This document shows positions 7,979-16,956 of a stretch of DNA of 64,000 nucleotides, piece after piece. The stretch is from a virus, in the IMG/VR virus record IMGVR_UViG_3300029922_000003; one strand, 5' to 3'. Every line of letters starts with the position of its first letter. The first letter of the stretch is position 1. The translations under genes were made by a program, and so were the position numbers. The notes beneath the pieces are model-generated. The model was not told where the DNA came from. It was given only the letters and a program-made list of their open reading frames with translations, and did not search any database.

Positions 7979-8415
7979 TGAATTTCCAATTCGTACCCAA
8001 TCTCTGCTAGAGACTCGGCAGCTTCTTTGATCCTTCTCTCAACCTCTTTACTGATGAGTTTGGCAGAACACTTCTCAATCTTGGATAGCGCGGATTTTGC
8101 CCCTTTCCACTGCCCATTTTTGATTGCCTGGTAGAATTTTGTTCCCAAATGACGCAGCTCTTCATCGAGTGGTCGTCCATCATACGAATCTCTTGGGATG
8201 ATTGCACACTGATTTCCACAGGAACAGGTAACCCAGCTCTTAGCCCTCTCCGCTGCAATGTGGCACTCCCTATCCCAAGGACTATCAAAGTCCAGGTTAG
8301 TAGGAAATACCCTTTTATCCGCGATCACTTTATCCAGCCACTCGTTCCAATTAAATGGCTTGCAACCACAGGCCTCTGCATAGGTGATATCTTTCTTGTT
8401 CTTTGTTTTCTTCAT
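7975..8415 (-). CDS. WVTCACGNQC family protein, copy 3
   Basis: WVTCSCGNQCAIIPRD motif. Confidence 0.8.
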   Translation of the reverse strand: MKKTKNKKDITYAEACGCKPFNWNEWLDKVIADKRVFPTNLDFDSPWDRECHIAAERAKSWVTCSCGNQCAIIPRDSYDGRPLDEELRHLGTKFYQAIKNGQWKGAKSALSKIEKCSAKLISKEVERRIKEAAESLAEIGYELEIQ

Positions 8416-8428
8416 GTTGTTTGAATGG

Positions 8429-8842
8429 TTAATCTTCTATTTGTAGTTCGTACCCAGCTAAGGCAAGAAGCCTTGCTGCTTCTTTCTTGTTGCTGTTGGT
8501 GGCCCTTTGAGTCAGCTCAGCAGAGCGTCTCTCAATAATGCCAAGGATCCTTTGTGCTGTTTTGTAATTGTAGCTTTGTACCGCCTCCGTAAAATCCAGG
8601 CCTAGAGCCAGAAGTGTCTCGTCCACTGGTGTTCCATCCCCATGCCTTGGAATGACTGCACACTGATTTCCACAAGCACAGGTTATCCAATTTGCGGACT
8701 TACTGGATAGTTCGTATTCTTGGGCCACCCTCACGGCTTCACCATCATGAGTTCCAATCAGGTAGTCCAGAACTGAATGCCAGTCGAATGACTCACACTG
8801 GCGAGTTTCTGAGTATGTCCTTACAAATATATGCTTATTCAT
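8429..8842 (-). CDS. WVTCACGNQC family protein, copy 2
   Basis: WITCACGNQCAVIPRH motif. Confidence 0.8.
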   Translation of the reverse strand: MNKHIFVRTYSETRQCESFDWHSVLDYLIGTHDGEAVRVAQEYELSSKSANWITCACGNQCAVIPRHGDGTPVDETLLALGLDFTEAVQSYNYKTAQRILGIIERRSAELTQRATNSNKKEAARLLALAGYELQIED

Positions 8843-8844
8843 AA

Positions 8845-9219
8845 TCAGAGTACGTTGCTCAGGATTCTCCTGATTATCCCCTGTTCTTTGATTAGCTTTG
8901 CCGACCTCTCCTCAATCTCCATTAGGATACATTTAGCGTTCTGCCACCTACCTTCGTTGATAGAATGACTGAAGCGAATCCCAAGAATAAGTAACTTTTT
9001 GTCCTCTGGTGCACCCTCAGTATTCCTCCTAGGGATTACTGAACATTGATTTCCACAAGCACAGGTTACCCAGCTAGAAGCTTGAGCACTTGCTATTCTA
9101 TACAGTGGATGAAATGTTATTTCGTCTGCGTATACAGGGATTTCTTCTTTTATTGCCCTATCGATGAACTCGTTCCAATCAAACTCAGGCAGTCCACATT
9201 TCTTTGTATATGTTCTCAT
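8845..9219 (-). CDS. WVTCACGNQC family protein, copy 1
   Basis: WVTCACGNQCSVIPRR motif. Confidence 0.8.
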   Translation of the reverse strand: MRTYTKKCGLPEFDWNEFIDRAIKEEIPVYADEITFHPLYRIASAQASSWVTCACGNQCSVIPRRNTEGAPEDKKLLILGIRFSHSINEGRWQNAKCILMEIEERSAKLIKEQGIIRRILSNVL

Positions 9220-9242
9220 TGTTGTGTGTGTTGGTTTAATTG

Positions 9243-9461
9243 TTACTCTTTGTGCTTTTTGATCATTGCACTAACGATCACTAATATAGTGCCTATTACC
9301 CAAATGATAGACATGAACGCAATAAAGAAAATAGTCTGCGTAGGGAGGATAATCAGCTTCCCCAACAGAGTGTATTCGCGCCATTGTTCCTTGAGTATTT
9401 CAATAAAATCGATACCTACCTCAACAGTATCTCTATAGATTTTGTTAAATACCTCTTTCAT
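9243..9461 (-). CDS. Small membrane protein
   Basis: Long C-terminal hydrophobic stretch ending KKHKE. Confidence 0.6.
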   Translation of the reverse strand: MKEVFNKIYRDTVEVGIDFIEILKEQWREYTLLGKLIILPTQTIFFIAFMSIIWVIGTILVIVSAMIKKHKE

Positions 9462-9611
9462 TTAGTTGTTTTTTGTTTTGTTGTTTCCAAACTCGTACGT
9501 ACATTTGGTAAACCCCCTCTCCATAAACAGGATATCTCTTCACTGCTCTATGGAGAGAGGGATATTGACTTACCCAATGGTTAAACATATCCCTCACTTG
9601 GTGGACTGTTG

Positions 9612-9926
9612 TTAGTAAGCATCTTTCACCAATGCAGCCACTTCTTTGACGCTTACGGTTTTGTCTTTTAGTAGAATCGGAGTAGCTACCGACTCCATAA
9701 GATTCTTTTTGAACTCAGCTGCTGCCTCGTCAGTTGCTTCGCACAAGACCCCTACACAAAATTGAAGAAGCTTGTCGCTTACATCAGGAGGCAACACCAT
9801 GCTGATAGATGTGGTCTTATTATCAAATATCACTGTTGACTTGAACTTGCCTTTGTTGTCGCCCCAGAGCTCGCGCTTGACCTCTAGGGAATTTAGCAAA
9901 ACCATCTTTGGATCATCCGGTGACAT
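9612..9926 (-). CDS. Hypothetical protein
   Basis: Probable start MSPDDPKM; tiles. Confidence 0.6.
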   Translation of the reverse strand: MSPDDPKMVLLNSLEVKRELWGDNKGKFKSTVIFDNKTTSISMVLPPDVSDKLLQFCVGVLCEATDEAAAEFKKNLMESVATPILLKDKTVSVKEVAALVKDAY

Positions 9927-10266
9927 TTTTTCCTTTTTCTGTAGTTGGGACTGTCTCCCACACTGGGTCTCCTGAATAGAACCTTCCATTGGCCCTATAT
10001 AGCTTTTTGTAATACGCTATTTCCTGGCTGACGTTGCAGTCAGGACAATATCGATGGAAACAACTCACCCTGTTCTGCCCAGATATAATTCCTGGAGAAC
10101 CCCCAGGTGCATACATCCAGCTGTGCTTATGCTTGAACAATCCCTTGCCATACCGCATAACTGCCGTCAAAAGACGAATGCATGCAAAGAGCAGGAATAT
10201 TGAGCATATCACGCATGCCACCATAAATGGATATATCATGCCTGGTTGCATCGTTGCTAGTATCAT
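9913..10266 (-). CDS. Hypothetical membrane protein with H/C motifs
   Basis: N-terminal TM helix; HKHSW and RYCPDC. Confidence 0.55.
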   Translation of the reverse strand: MILATMQPGMIYPFMVACVICSIFLLFACIRLLTAVMRYGKGLFKHKHSWMYAPGGSPGIISGQNRVSCFHRYCPDCNVSQEIAYYKKLYRANGRFYSGDPVWETVPTTEKGKNVTG

Positions 10267-10424
10267 GGCAATAGCGTTTTGTTTTTCTCAGCCTCTCTCT
10301 TGCTCTTGAAGCGTTCGATGATACTGTTCCCAAGCTCAAGTCCAAATGCCACTAGATGTCCTAGCACTGCCAGTAACGCCCCAAAAACTATAACTCCAAC
10401 TACTATCATAAGTAATCCTAACAT
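10263..10424 (-). CDS. Small membrane protein (53 aa)
   Basis: Manual translation MLGLLMIVVGVIVFGALLAVLGHLVAFGLELG...; ATGA overlap with next gene. Confidence 0.5.
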   Translation of the reverse strand: MLGLLMIVVGVIVFGALLAVLGHLVAFGLELGNSIIERFKSKREAEKNKTLLP

Positions 10425-10458
10425 ATTTTTGTTTTCCTTTTTTGTTGTTTGTTTTTAT

Positions 10459-10677
10459 TTAATCCCGATACCGACTTTTACTACCCCCCTCAAGGTGTGC
10501 AATAAATAAGATGATAGCTACTACCAATAAGACGAATCCAGCTACACCACCCACAACCTGAGGTGATACCCCACCAGCCAATGCAGCAAGTCCTGAACAG
10601 ACAAAACACAAAATAGACCCAAGGACTAATTTGTTTTGTTTGAGGTATTGAATTATATTGTTAGTTATTTCTTTCAC
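10459..10677 (-). CDS. Small two-TM membrane protein, paralog 2
   Basis: MKE start, CFVC, Q(V/I)VG, LF(I/V).H shared with 10719..10928. Confidence 0.65.
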   Translation of the reverse strand: MKEITNNIIQYLKQNKLVLGSILCFVCSGLAALAGGVSPQVVGGVAGFVLLVVAIILFIAHLEGGSKSRYRD

Positions 10678-10718
10678 GATTGTTTTTATTTTTGATATTA
10701 GCTCCAGTATTATTGTCG

Positions 10719-10928
10719 TTAATCATCAGAGTGTTTAATCATGTGCACTACAAACAACACAAAGGCTGCAATCAGTAGAAGCAACCCAGTTGTGGCACCG
10801 ACAATCTGGTATGGGGGATCACAACGCACCAATGTACTAATGTTTGCTAATACTAAACACACAAAACACCAAACTGCTTGGGGGTATTCTGCGGTTAGTT
10901 GTTTTATCTTACTAAATAGTTCTTTCAC
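10719..10928 (-). CDS. Small two-TM membrane protein, paralog 1
   Basis: Same motifs as 10459..10677; near-identical upstream AAAACAAAAACAATCGTGAAAGA versus AAAAATAAAAACAATCGTGAAAGA. Confidence 0.65.
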   Translation of the reverse strand: MKELFSKIKQLTAEYPQAVWCFVCLVLANISTLVRCDPPYQIVGATTGLLLLIAAFVLFVVHMIKHSDD

Positions 10929-11293
10929 GATTGTTTTTGTTTTGATTCTGCCTCACACAGCTCACACGGTATCCCAGATTTGCTCCAGGAGTGTTTGCTG
11001 CAAGTGAAGTAGACTCCTTGTTGGAATTTTGATGACTCTGGCTTGTCTGGATAGATGAACCCTAACTCAGACAGGCCATACTCGATCATGTTAAGCGCCA
11101 CATTCTTATTCTTAAGCTGCGACCTCTCTGACCAGCATGAGGCCATAAGGCCAGTTGGGATATGAGTAATAGTAACAGCAAGAGGGTGAGGCATCCCACA
11201 GGTCTGCCCACCAATGCGCTCTTCGCTTCTCACCACCTTAAGCTCCCCATGCTTGTGGGACTCGATCTTTAGATCTGAAGGATCAATGTTCAT
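10925..11293 (-). CDS. Stand-alone class I release factor (RF-1/GGQ) domain protein
   Basis: IDPSDLKIES...IGGQ...VTITHIPTG...SERSQLKNK..AL matches RF domain 3; probable start MNIDPSD. Confidence 0.8.
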   Translation of the reverse strand: MNIDPSDLKIESHKHGELKVVRSEERIGGQTCGMPHPLAVTITHIPTGLMASCWSERSQLKNKNVALNMIEYGLSELGFIYPDKPESSKFQQGVYFTCSKHSWSKSGIPCELCEAESKQKQS

Positions 11294-11651
11294 ACCTAGA
11301 CTTGAGTGTTTTGAGCAGAGACAACTCTCTCTTCCTCTTTGCCTCTGCTCTCTTCTGGGCAGATACCTGACCAGCGTGCTTCGCTCGAGCCTCACTGTCG
11401 AGCCTATCCTTATACTCTTTGTCTGTCTCAATAGACTCGTATCGGACCTCATAGACCATATAACGATCTTCGTAATGGCTTTCCTCATAGTAATGAGTAA
11501 AAGTTACGGTTTCCTGCTCTTCTTCCGTAAGATGTCCTATGGCATCCCTGATCCTATTTTGGATACGCTCAGCAGTACCATCGAAAAAGTCGTCACCTTG
11601 GTCAGGCAACCGCCTGGTTATGTATTTCTTTTTACCTCCCATTGTAGTCAT
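11283..11651 (-). CDS. Hypothetical protein
   Basis: ETDKEYKDRL and L..LK.RYE coiled-coil tail. Confidence 0.6.
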   Translation of the reverse strand: MTTMGGKKKYITRRLPDQGDDFFDGTAERIQNRIRDAIGHLTEEEQETVTFTHYYEESHYEDRYMVYEVRYESIETDKEYKDRLDSEARAKHAGQVSAQKRAEAKRKRELSLLKTLKSRYEH

Positions 11652-12336
11652 TTACCTCCAGTTTGATTTCATTTTCAGTAGCCTTCTTGAGGACTTTCTG
11701 TTTCATCGGTCCGCCTCTGTCCCAATCTTTGTTGTCGTTTTTGCCAAAGTATCTGGCATAGCCATTGTTCTCTTCCATCCAAAGCTTTAGATAGTGAAGC
11801 TCACTCTCTGCGTCTCCATTTGGAATAAACTTTTCAGTGACATAAGCAGCCTTGTAGGCAAACTCCACCATGTAGTCGGGTACTTTGGGGTAGTATCTAT
11901 ACCTGACAACATTCTTGCTGCCATAGTTCCTATAGAGCTCTCTGACGTAAAACCACTTATTCCTAAAAAAAGGAGGGAAGTTCTCTTTGTCAAATTGCTC
12001 CTGACTTATACTCACGAGGCCTTGACCATCCTGAATATAAGTAAAAAAGCTATCTCTCCCGCTGCCAAATCCGACCTCCGTACGAGCTTTGTAGCTCTTA
12101 GGAGAATGCTTTTTACCTAATACCCAGTGATCACATGCATCAACCACTTTCTGGACTTGCTCCCCAATGGAACTTCTCAGAACGTCATCCCTAACTTTGA
12201 AGTGACGCCAGTGACCTACAAAAATCTTGTTTTCAAGAGGTACGCTAATTCCTCTCATATCTCGATATAGCTCATTAATGCGCTCCGCGACTTTCCGAAT
12301 ATGCTTCAAAGAAATTTCCTTCTTCTGCTTCTTCAT
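11632..12336 (-). CDS. Hypothetical protein
   Basis: 234-aa ORF, tiles with overlaps. Confidence 0.7.
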   Translation of the reverse strand: MKKQKKEISLKHIRKVAERINELYRDMRGISVPLENKIFVGHWRHFKVRDDVLRSSIGEQVQKVVDACDHWVLGKKHSPKSYKARTEVGFGSGRDSFFTYIQDGQGLVSISQEQFDKENFPPFFRNKWFYVRELYRNYGSKNVVRYRYYPKVPDYMVEFAYKAAYVTEKFIPNGDAESELHYLKLWMEENNGYARYFGKNDNKDWDRGGPMKQKVLKKATENEIKLEVNDYNGR

Positions 12337-12566
12337 CTCTTTGTGTTGGTGTTGTTGCTAGCCGCCGCTTTGCGTTCAGCCTGCATCTTGTTAAAATCTC
12401 TCCTGGCAGCATTGAGTTCATGCCTCTGGACAGACTCAGTGCGAATGCGATCAAACGTCTCGACTGGATACCATACATCAGCTCCATCTTTCCCGTATCG
12501 CTTCCAAAAGCGCTTCTTGCCATCTGGGGACAGATCCCCTCTCTTGTATCGTTTCTTTTCTTCCAT
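12333..12566 (-). CDS. Small basic protein, KRGD..PDG..FW module
   Basis: Motif resembles N-termini of some phage HNH-associated proteins; no nuclease domain follows. Confidence 0.5.
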   Translation of the reverse strand: MEEKKRYKRGDLSPDGKKRFWKRYGKDGADVWYPVETFDRIRTESVQRHELNAARRDFNKMQAERKAAASNNTNTKR

Positions 12567-12588
12567 TGATAAGTATGTTGACCAATAA

Positions 12589-12612
12589 GGTCCATGGGAA
12601 TTCCCATGGACC
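12589..12612. repeat. Perfect 24-bp palindrome
   Basis: GGTCCATGGGAA|TTCCCATGGACC in a 59-bp intergenic gap. Confidence 0.9.
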
Positions 12613-12625
12613 CATTGGATGTTAA

Positions 12626-13786
12626 TTAGCTAGCTGGTACTACACCTTCAGTCCCGTACAGGATCTGCTCCAAGGTGGTGTCGGAGTGAGTTGCAATGTA
12701 GTTTGTAATAGCTACAATGCTTTGCAGTGGGGCGTGGTAGTCGCTATAAAGAGCTGTAAAGCTGGTATTAGCTTCCTTATTCCCCAACTGCAATACCTCA
12801 TTGGCATATACAGTGAGCATCTGAACATGGACCTCAAAATGATCTAAGAACTCCACAATCACAGGGGATTCAAAGCTCAGATCATATCTGGGGCCAAGGC
12901 CACGAAATACACCATCGTTGTAGATCGTAGAGAAAGCATCAGTGATCAAAAAGACACTATACATGATCTCTTTGCAGCACTGGTGAATCTCCTCTTCCGA
13001 GATGGGAGAATCAAAGTGTCGATTACCAGACACCAACTCCACAAGGTCTGCAACAGCATCCATGAGAGTAAGTGACCACCGAAGCCGCTTCTTGTACTGA
13101 GTCTCGCTGGATGAGGTCGACACTCTCAACTTAGCAATTAGAGCGTAGTAAGGTACCCCCTCAAGCCTGAAGTATTTTTCTCCTGGACCAGAGTATCCGG
13201 CCTTTACCTGAGTCATGCCCGAACCCCCAAACATGTGATCGTCGACAGTACTTCCAATTTCCACCCTCTCCTCTCCGACCTGAACACCATTCTCATAGAT
13301 TGGTATAACCTCGTACACCGCCTCGCTTTCAGGAGTGTTTAGGATGAGCTGATATGCTTCATCAACAAGGTTCTTCACATTAGCGCAGCGCTCGTAGTCA
13401 TTGTCTTCCATAAGAATGACAGTACGATTGAAGTCTGCATAGATGAAGTCTTCCAACACAGAGATCACATCCTCAATCTCCAAGTATGAGAACCCTGGAA
13501 TCTCAATTACAAGGTTGGTGTCCATCGATATGACGATCTCAATCCTTGGATCCGTTTGGAAGGTGGCATCAATACTCTCACAGACTCTCTGCAGCAGATG
13601 CTCCTTGCACCCCTCTTCATCACGGATATCCAACGGCTTGAGTTCCACCTGGGTGACTTCACCCACCTCCACCACAGCCGTCTCTGTTGTTGCAGTAGCG
13701 GCAGGTTTCCCTACCGCATTTTTATCATCCACCTTGGCATCCTTGCCTTTGGTGTCTTTCTTTTGTTTTTCTTGTGCGGTTGCCAT
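12626..13786 (-). CDS. Hypothetical acidic protein with Lys-rich N-terminus
   Basis: 386-aa ORF; no recognised motif. Confidence 0.75.
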   Translation of the reverse strand: MATAQEKQKKDTKGKDAKVDDKNAVGKPAATATTETAVVEVGEVTQVELKPLDIRDEEGCKEHLLQRVCESIDATFQTDPRIEIVISMDTNLVIEIPGFSYLEIEDVISVLEDFIYADFNRTVILMEDNDYERCANVKNLVDEAYQLILNTPESEAVYEVIPIYENGVQVGEERVEIGSTVDDHMFGGSGMTQVKAGYSGPGEKYFRLEGVPYYALIAKLRVSTSSSETQYKKRLRWSLTLMDAVADLVELVSGNRHFDSPISEEEIHQCCKEIMYSVFLITDAFSTIYNDGVFRGLGPRYDLSFESPVIVEFLDHFEVHVQMLTVYANEVLQLGNKEANTSFTALYSDYHAPLQSIVAITNYIATHSDTTLEQILYGTEGVVPAS

Positions 13787-13819
13787 AGTTGTTCTTTTGG
13801 TTAGTTGTTTGTTTTTTAA

Positions 13820-14308
13820 TTAAAAATAATTGATATTAGCTCCATACATGTTGCTGATTATTCGCCTTATGACAATATCAACACTCCTGTAATCTATTGA
13901 TAGCGTACGCACCATTCTATTTCTTGGTCTGACACTTAACCGATAAGTCTCATCAGGCCTTGCATTTGGCCTATATGAAACCATATCAATAGGTAAATTA
14001 ATTATGGCTGCTAATCTGGTCATTACTTTGTGTGGAGTTCCACCCTTAGTAATGCATGCCCATACCATACCACCTTGTGATACGAAGCTATGCATAGGTA
14101 GTGATTCACACCCCCAATCTCTTAAATAAAGATCTTGCAACTGCCTATCGTCCATTAAGAATGTATCAACATCTAGTTGTTTAATTTCACCAAAAAACAT
14201 GCCATACCTCTCCTCAAACATACTTTCTGGCACTGCATCTTCAATCCTGTATGGAATTAGGTTAATAGCATCTAAAACTGTTACTGCGTTAATGTAATAA
14301 TCATTCAT
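13820..14308 (-). CDS. WGC array paralog 10 (Api92/YubB ferredoxin-like domain candidate)
   Basis: YINAV, FFGEIKQ, DWGCE, ITKGGTPHKVMTRLAA; ORF extends to 14365. Confidence 0.75.
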   Translation of the reverse strand: MNDYYINAVTVLDAINLIPYRIEDAVPESMFEERYGMFFGEIKQLDVDTFLMDDRQLQDLYLRDWGCESLPMHSFVSQGGMVWACITKGGTPHKVMTRLAAIINLPIDMVSYRPNARPDETYRLSVRPRNRMVRTLSIDYRSVDIVIRRIISNMYGANINYF

Positions 14309-14352
14309 TTGTGTTCTCCCAATTACCCCAAGTAGCCATAGTTCTGTGCGTC

Positions 14353-14898
14353 CTAAAGCGACCACGCCGTTGCATAGCGTTCCGAATAGTAGTGTCTGGG
14401 GGTGATGGGAGTTCGGAAGTTTTCAGTCCAACGCTCCCTATTCCTATCTAACTCGACTTGAAACGTATCAATGGAATCCCTTGACAACAAGTCATCGCCC
14501 ACTAAACGCAAGTTCATCCTTGCCCTGAATGGATTTACGAAAAGATGGTAGTAATCATTTATATTTTCTGCACTCTTAGAGACCATATTCACCTCAACGT
14601 TCTTTAGTGCAGCAACCCTAGAGAACACCTTTGTGGGTATTCCACCCTGAGTTCTGAACACCATTCTAGTCCCACCAATCAGCATCCGAGCCCTAATCCC
14701 GTCTGATCTACACCCCCACTTGCTGAAAGCGTCCTCAAGTAGTTGATCATAAGGCAAAGTTAATAATGGCTTTATGCGGTAAAATGCGATCAATAAATCG
14801 TCATTCATAAACTCCCCAATGACATCACGCACAAGGGGAATAGACGTATTTCTTGATCTAAAGCTAACTATATTTACAAACATTGTTTCGTTATTCAT
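14353..14898 (-). CDS. WGC array paralog 9
   Basis: FVNIV, IAFYRIKP, KWGCR, FRTQGGIPTKVFSRVAA. Confidence 0.75.
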   Translation of the reverse strand: MNNETMFVNIVSFRSRNTSIPLVRDVIGEFMNDDLLIAFYRIKPLLTLPYDQLLEDAFSKWGCRSDGIRARMLIGGTRMVFRTQGGIPTKVFSRVAALKNVEVNMVSKSAENINDYYHLFVNPFRARMNLRLVGDDLLSRDSIDTFQVELDRNRERWTENFRTPITPRHYYSERYATAWSL

Positions 14899-15442
14899 CC
14901 GGTTCTTCTGGTCCTTCTGGTTCTTGTGCCAGCTCCTCATCATATTGATTGATTAGATTATCTAGTGCGACAACATGGGGCTCTGGTAACTGCTCCCACT
15001 CCCTCTCCATAATTCTGTACAGCCTGGCAGATGGAAATATAAGGGTCTCATAGTATCGCCCAGTATCATAGCAATAAGTATACATCTGCAAGTCGCGCAT
15101 ACAAAAAGTAGCCATCTTTTGAATGACCTTAATCGCTGCACCACCCCGTGTTCTCATTGCCAACATCTTGGGATCGTTAGGGTCTATATACGACGCCATA
15201 GCATTCGCTGTGGCCCCCCACCTATCAAAAACGAACTCTTCCTGATTGCGCCACGGCAAACCTATTATTTCATTTATGTATATTGGGACGACATCGCTGA
15301 AGTCTATAGGGTTTTCACTATTAAGATAACTCCCAATAGCATCTCGGATGGGAACAGCTATTACCCCGTATTGCAGATTGCCGAGGTAGGTACTTGAACC
15401 AAGAGAAAATACACTTAAGTAATTTTTATTATCCGTATCCAT
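14891..15442 (-). CDS. WGC array paralog 8
   Basis: IDFSDVVP, RWGAT, MRTRGGAAIKVIQKMA. Confidence 0.75.
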   Translation of the reverse strand: MDTDNKNYLSVFSLGSSTYLGNLQYGVIAVPIRDAIGSYLNSENPIDFSDVVPIYINEIIGLPWRNQEEFVFDRWGATANAMASYIDPNDPKMLAMRTRGGAAIKVIQKMATFCMRDLQMYTYCYDTGRYYETLIFPSARLYRIMEREWEQLPEPHVVALDNLINQYDEELAQEPEGPEEPDE

Positions 15443-15450
15443 ATATAATA

Positions 15451-15927
15451 TTAGTTATCGGCCCTCGATAGAGTGTTTTGGAGCTTCTCACGAATCTGAT
15501 TGGGAAGGGTATACCCTTGTATCTGGATAAGCCGATGCCGTCTTTCGTATGGCTTAACAGAATATTTGTAATAATCGTTTGACCCATATGCTCTAAAATA
15601 TAATCCAATATAATTGTTAGTAATAGCTGCTAGTCTTGACATTACCTTGGTAGGTACTCCATCCCGAGTGGCAAATGCTAGTGAGTATGGATCATCATAC
15701 TCCGTAAAAAATTCCGGTGTGGTCCCACACCCCCAATGACCAACAAAATAATCATAAATCCCTCCCAGTGGAATTTCCTGTAAAAGTACGTCACGGGGTT
15801 TTATAGCGTCAAAGTCAATAATATTTCGTGGAGTGTGAGTGAACACACTAGGGAACTGCTCCCTTATATTAATTAACTGGGGGGTGAGGTGTGTGTACCT
15901 CATCTCCAATAAATTTGCATATATCAT
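15451..15927 (-). CDS. WGC array paralog 7
   Basis: YANLL, IDFDAIKP, HWGCG, FATRDGVPTKVMSRLAA. Confidence 0.75.
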   Translation of the reverse strand: MIYANLLEMRYTHLTPQLINIREQFPSVFTHTPRNIIDFDAIKPRDVLLQEIPLGGIYDYFVGHWGCGTTPEFFTEYDDPYSLAFATRDGVPTKVMSRLAAITNNYIGLYFRAYGSNDYYKYSVKPYERRHRLIQIQGYTLPNQIREKLQNTLSRADN

Positions 15928-15942
15928 ATTTTTTAAAATTGT

Positions 15943-16395
15943 TTACATCACTAATCTTTGTATCATACGATAACATTCCACTGGAAACGAAACTGGTTGC
16001 AGCTGGCATATACTATGCTTTCTTAGATTTATTGTTATTCTGTACCTGTAGCTCTCAGTAGTGATTGAGTTGCACGAGCACAACCATATATCCTTGTTGA
16101 TGATTGCGGCTAACCTAGATATGGCCTTAATTGGCATTCCGCCACCTGTCATAAACCCATAGGTCTCTTCACCTGGCTCGTTGTTAAACTGGGGGTTTGT
16201 AGCTATAGTGTAACTTCCCCAAACGCCTAGAGCACATTCCGTCCTTGAATATCCTGGTATTTCAGGAATCTGCCGAATGCGATTAAAGTCGAGACTCTCG
16301 CCACGAAAGAACTGTGGATATTCCTGAGCTATATTTATTTTCTCTGGTCCACCTGAGTGGGCCCAAACTATAAGTGCATTTTTAAAAATCTGCAT
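15943..16395 (-). CDS. WGC array paralog 6
   Basis: FKNAL, LDFNRIR, VWGSY, FMTGGGMPIKAISRLAA. Confidence 0.75.
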   Translation of the reverse strand: MQIFKNALIVWAHSGGPEKINIAQEYPQFFRGESLDFNRIRQIPEIPGYSRTECALGVWGSYTIATNPQFNNEPGEETYGFMTGGGMPIKAISRLAAIINKDIWLCSCNSITTESYRYRITINLRKHSICQLQPVSFPVECYRMIQRLVM

Positions 16396-16909
16396 TTGTT
16401 CTTATATTTTCTGGTTCTGTATCCCCATCCCGCATAAACAAACCAATCATATCCTGCATTGCTGAAAACACGCGGGTAGGTATCCTATACGCATTATTTC
16501 TATGAAAGCTTTGCTGTCGTGTGTTTGGGTTGACAAGAAACGCAAAATGCTCGTCTACGTCGCTATACCAAGACCACATACCAATTGTACGATTAATCAA
16601 AGCAGACAGCCTTGATATAACTCTTGTTGGAGGAAAACACTCTGTCTGAAATGACAGGACTTTGGGGTTCCCTCTGCCAACATCACTGAGTCTAAAGAAG
16701 TTCCCGGCGTTGGCGCACCCCCACTGATCAATCAAATCCTGTGGGGTGACAAGATCAACATTGGATAACGGCTTAATATTGCTAAACAAAAGCGCACAGT
16801 CATTCCTATATGTTGATGGTATAGCCTCCAGGATAGGGGCGTATTGTGTAGGAAAGTCACCACCATCTAAGCTAACTGACAATGCATTAATTACTATTCT
16901 ATTCCTCAT
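16382..16909 (-). CDS. WGC array paralog 5
   Basis: VINAL, LLFSNIKP, QWGCA, FQTECFPPTRVISRLS. Confidence 0.75.
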   Translation of the reverse strand: MRNRIVINALSVSLDGGDFPTQYAPILEAIPSTYRNDCALLFSNIKPLSNVDLVTPQDLIDQWGCANAGNFFRLSDVGRGNPKVLSFQTECFPPTRVISRLSALINRTIGMWSWYSDVDEHFAFLVNPNTRQQSFHRNNAYRIPTRVFSAMQDMIGLFMRDGDTEPENIRTNADF

Positions 16910-16956
16910 GTTAAGTTGTGTTGTGTATTACCACTTTGTTTTAATAACTTATATAT

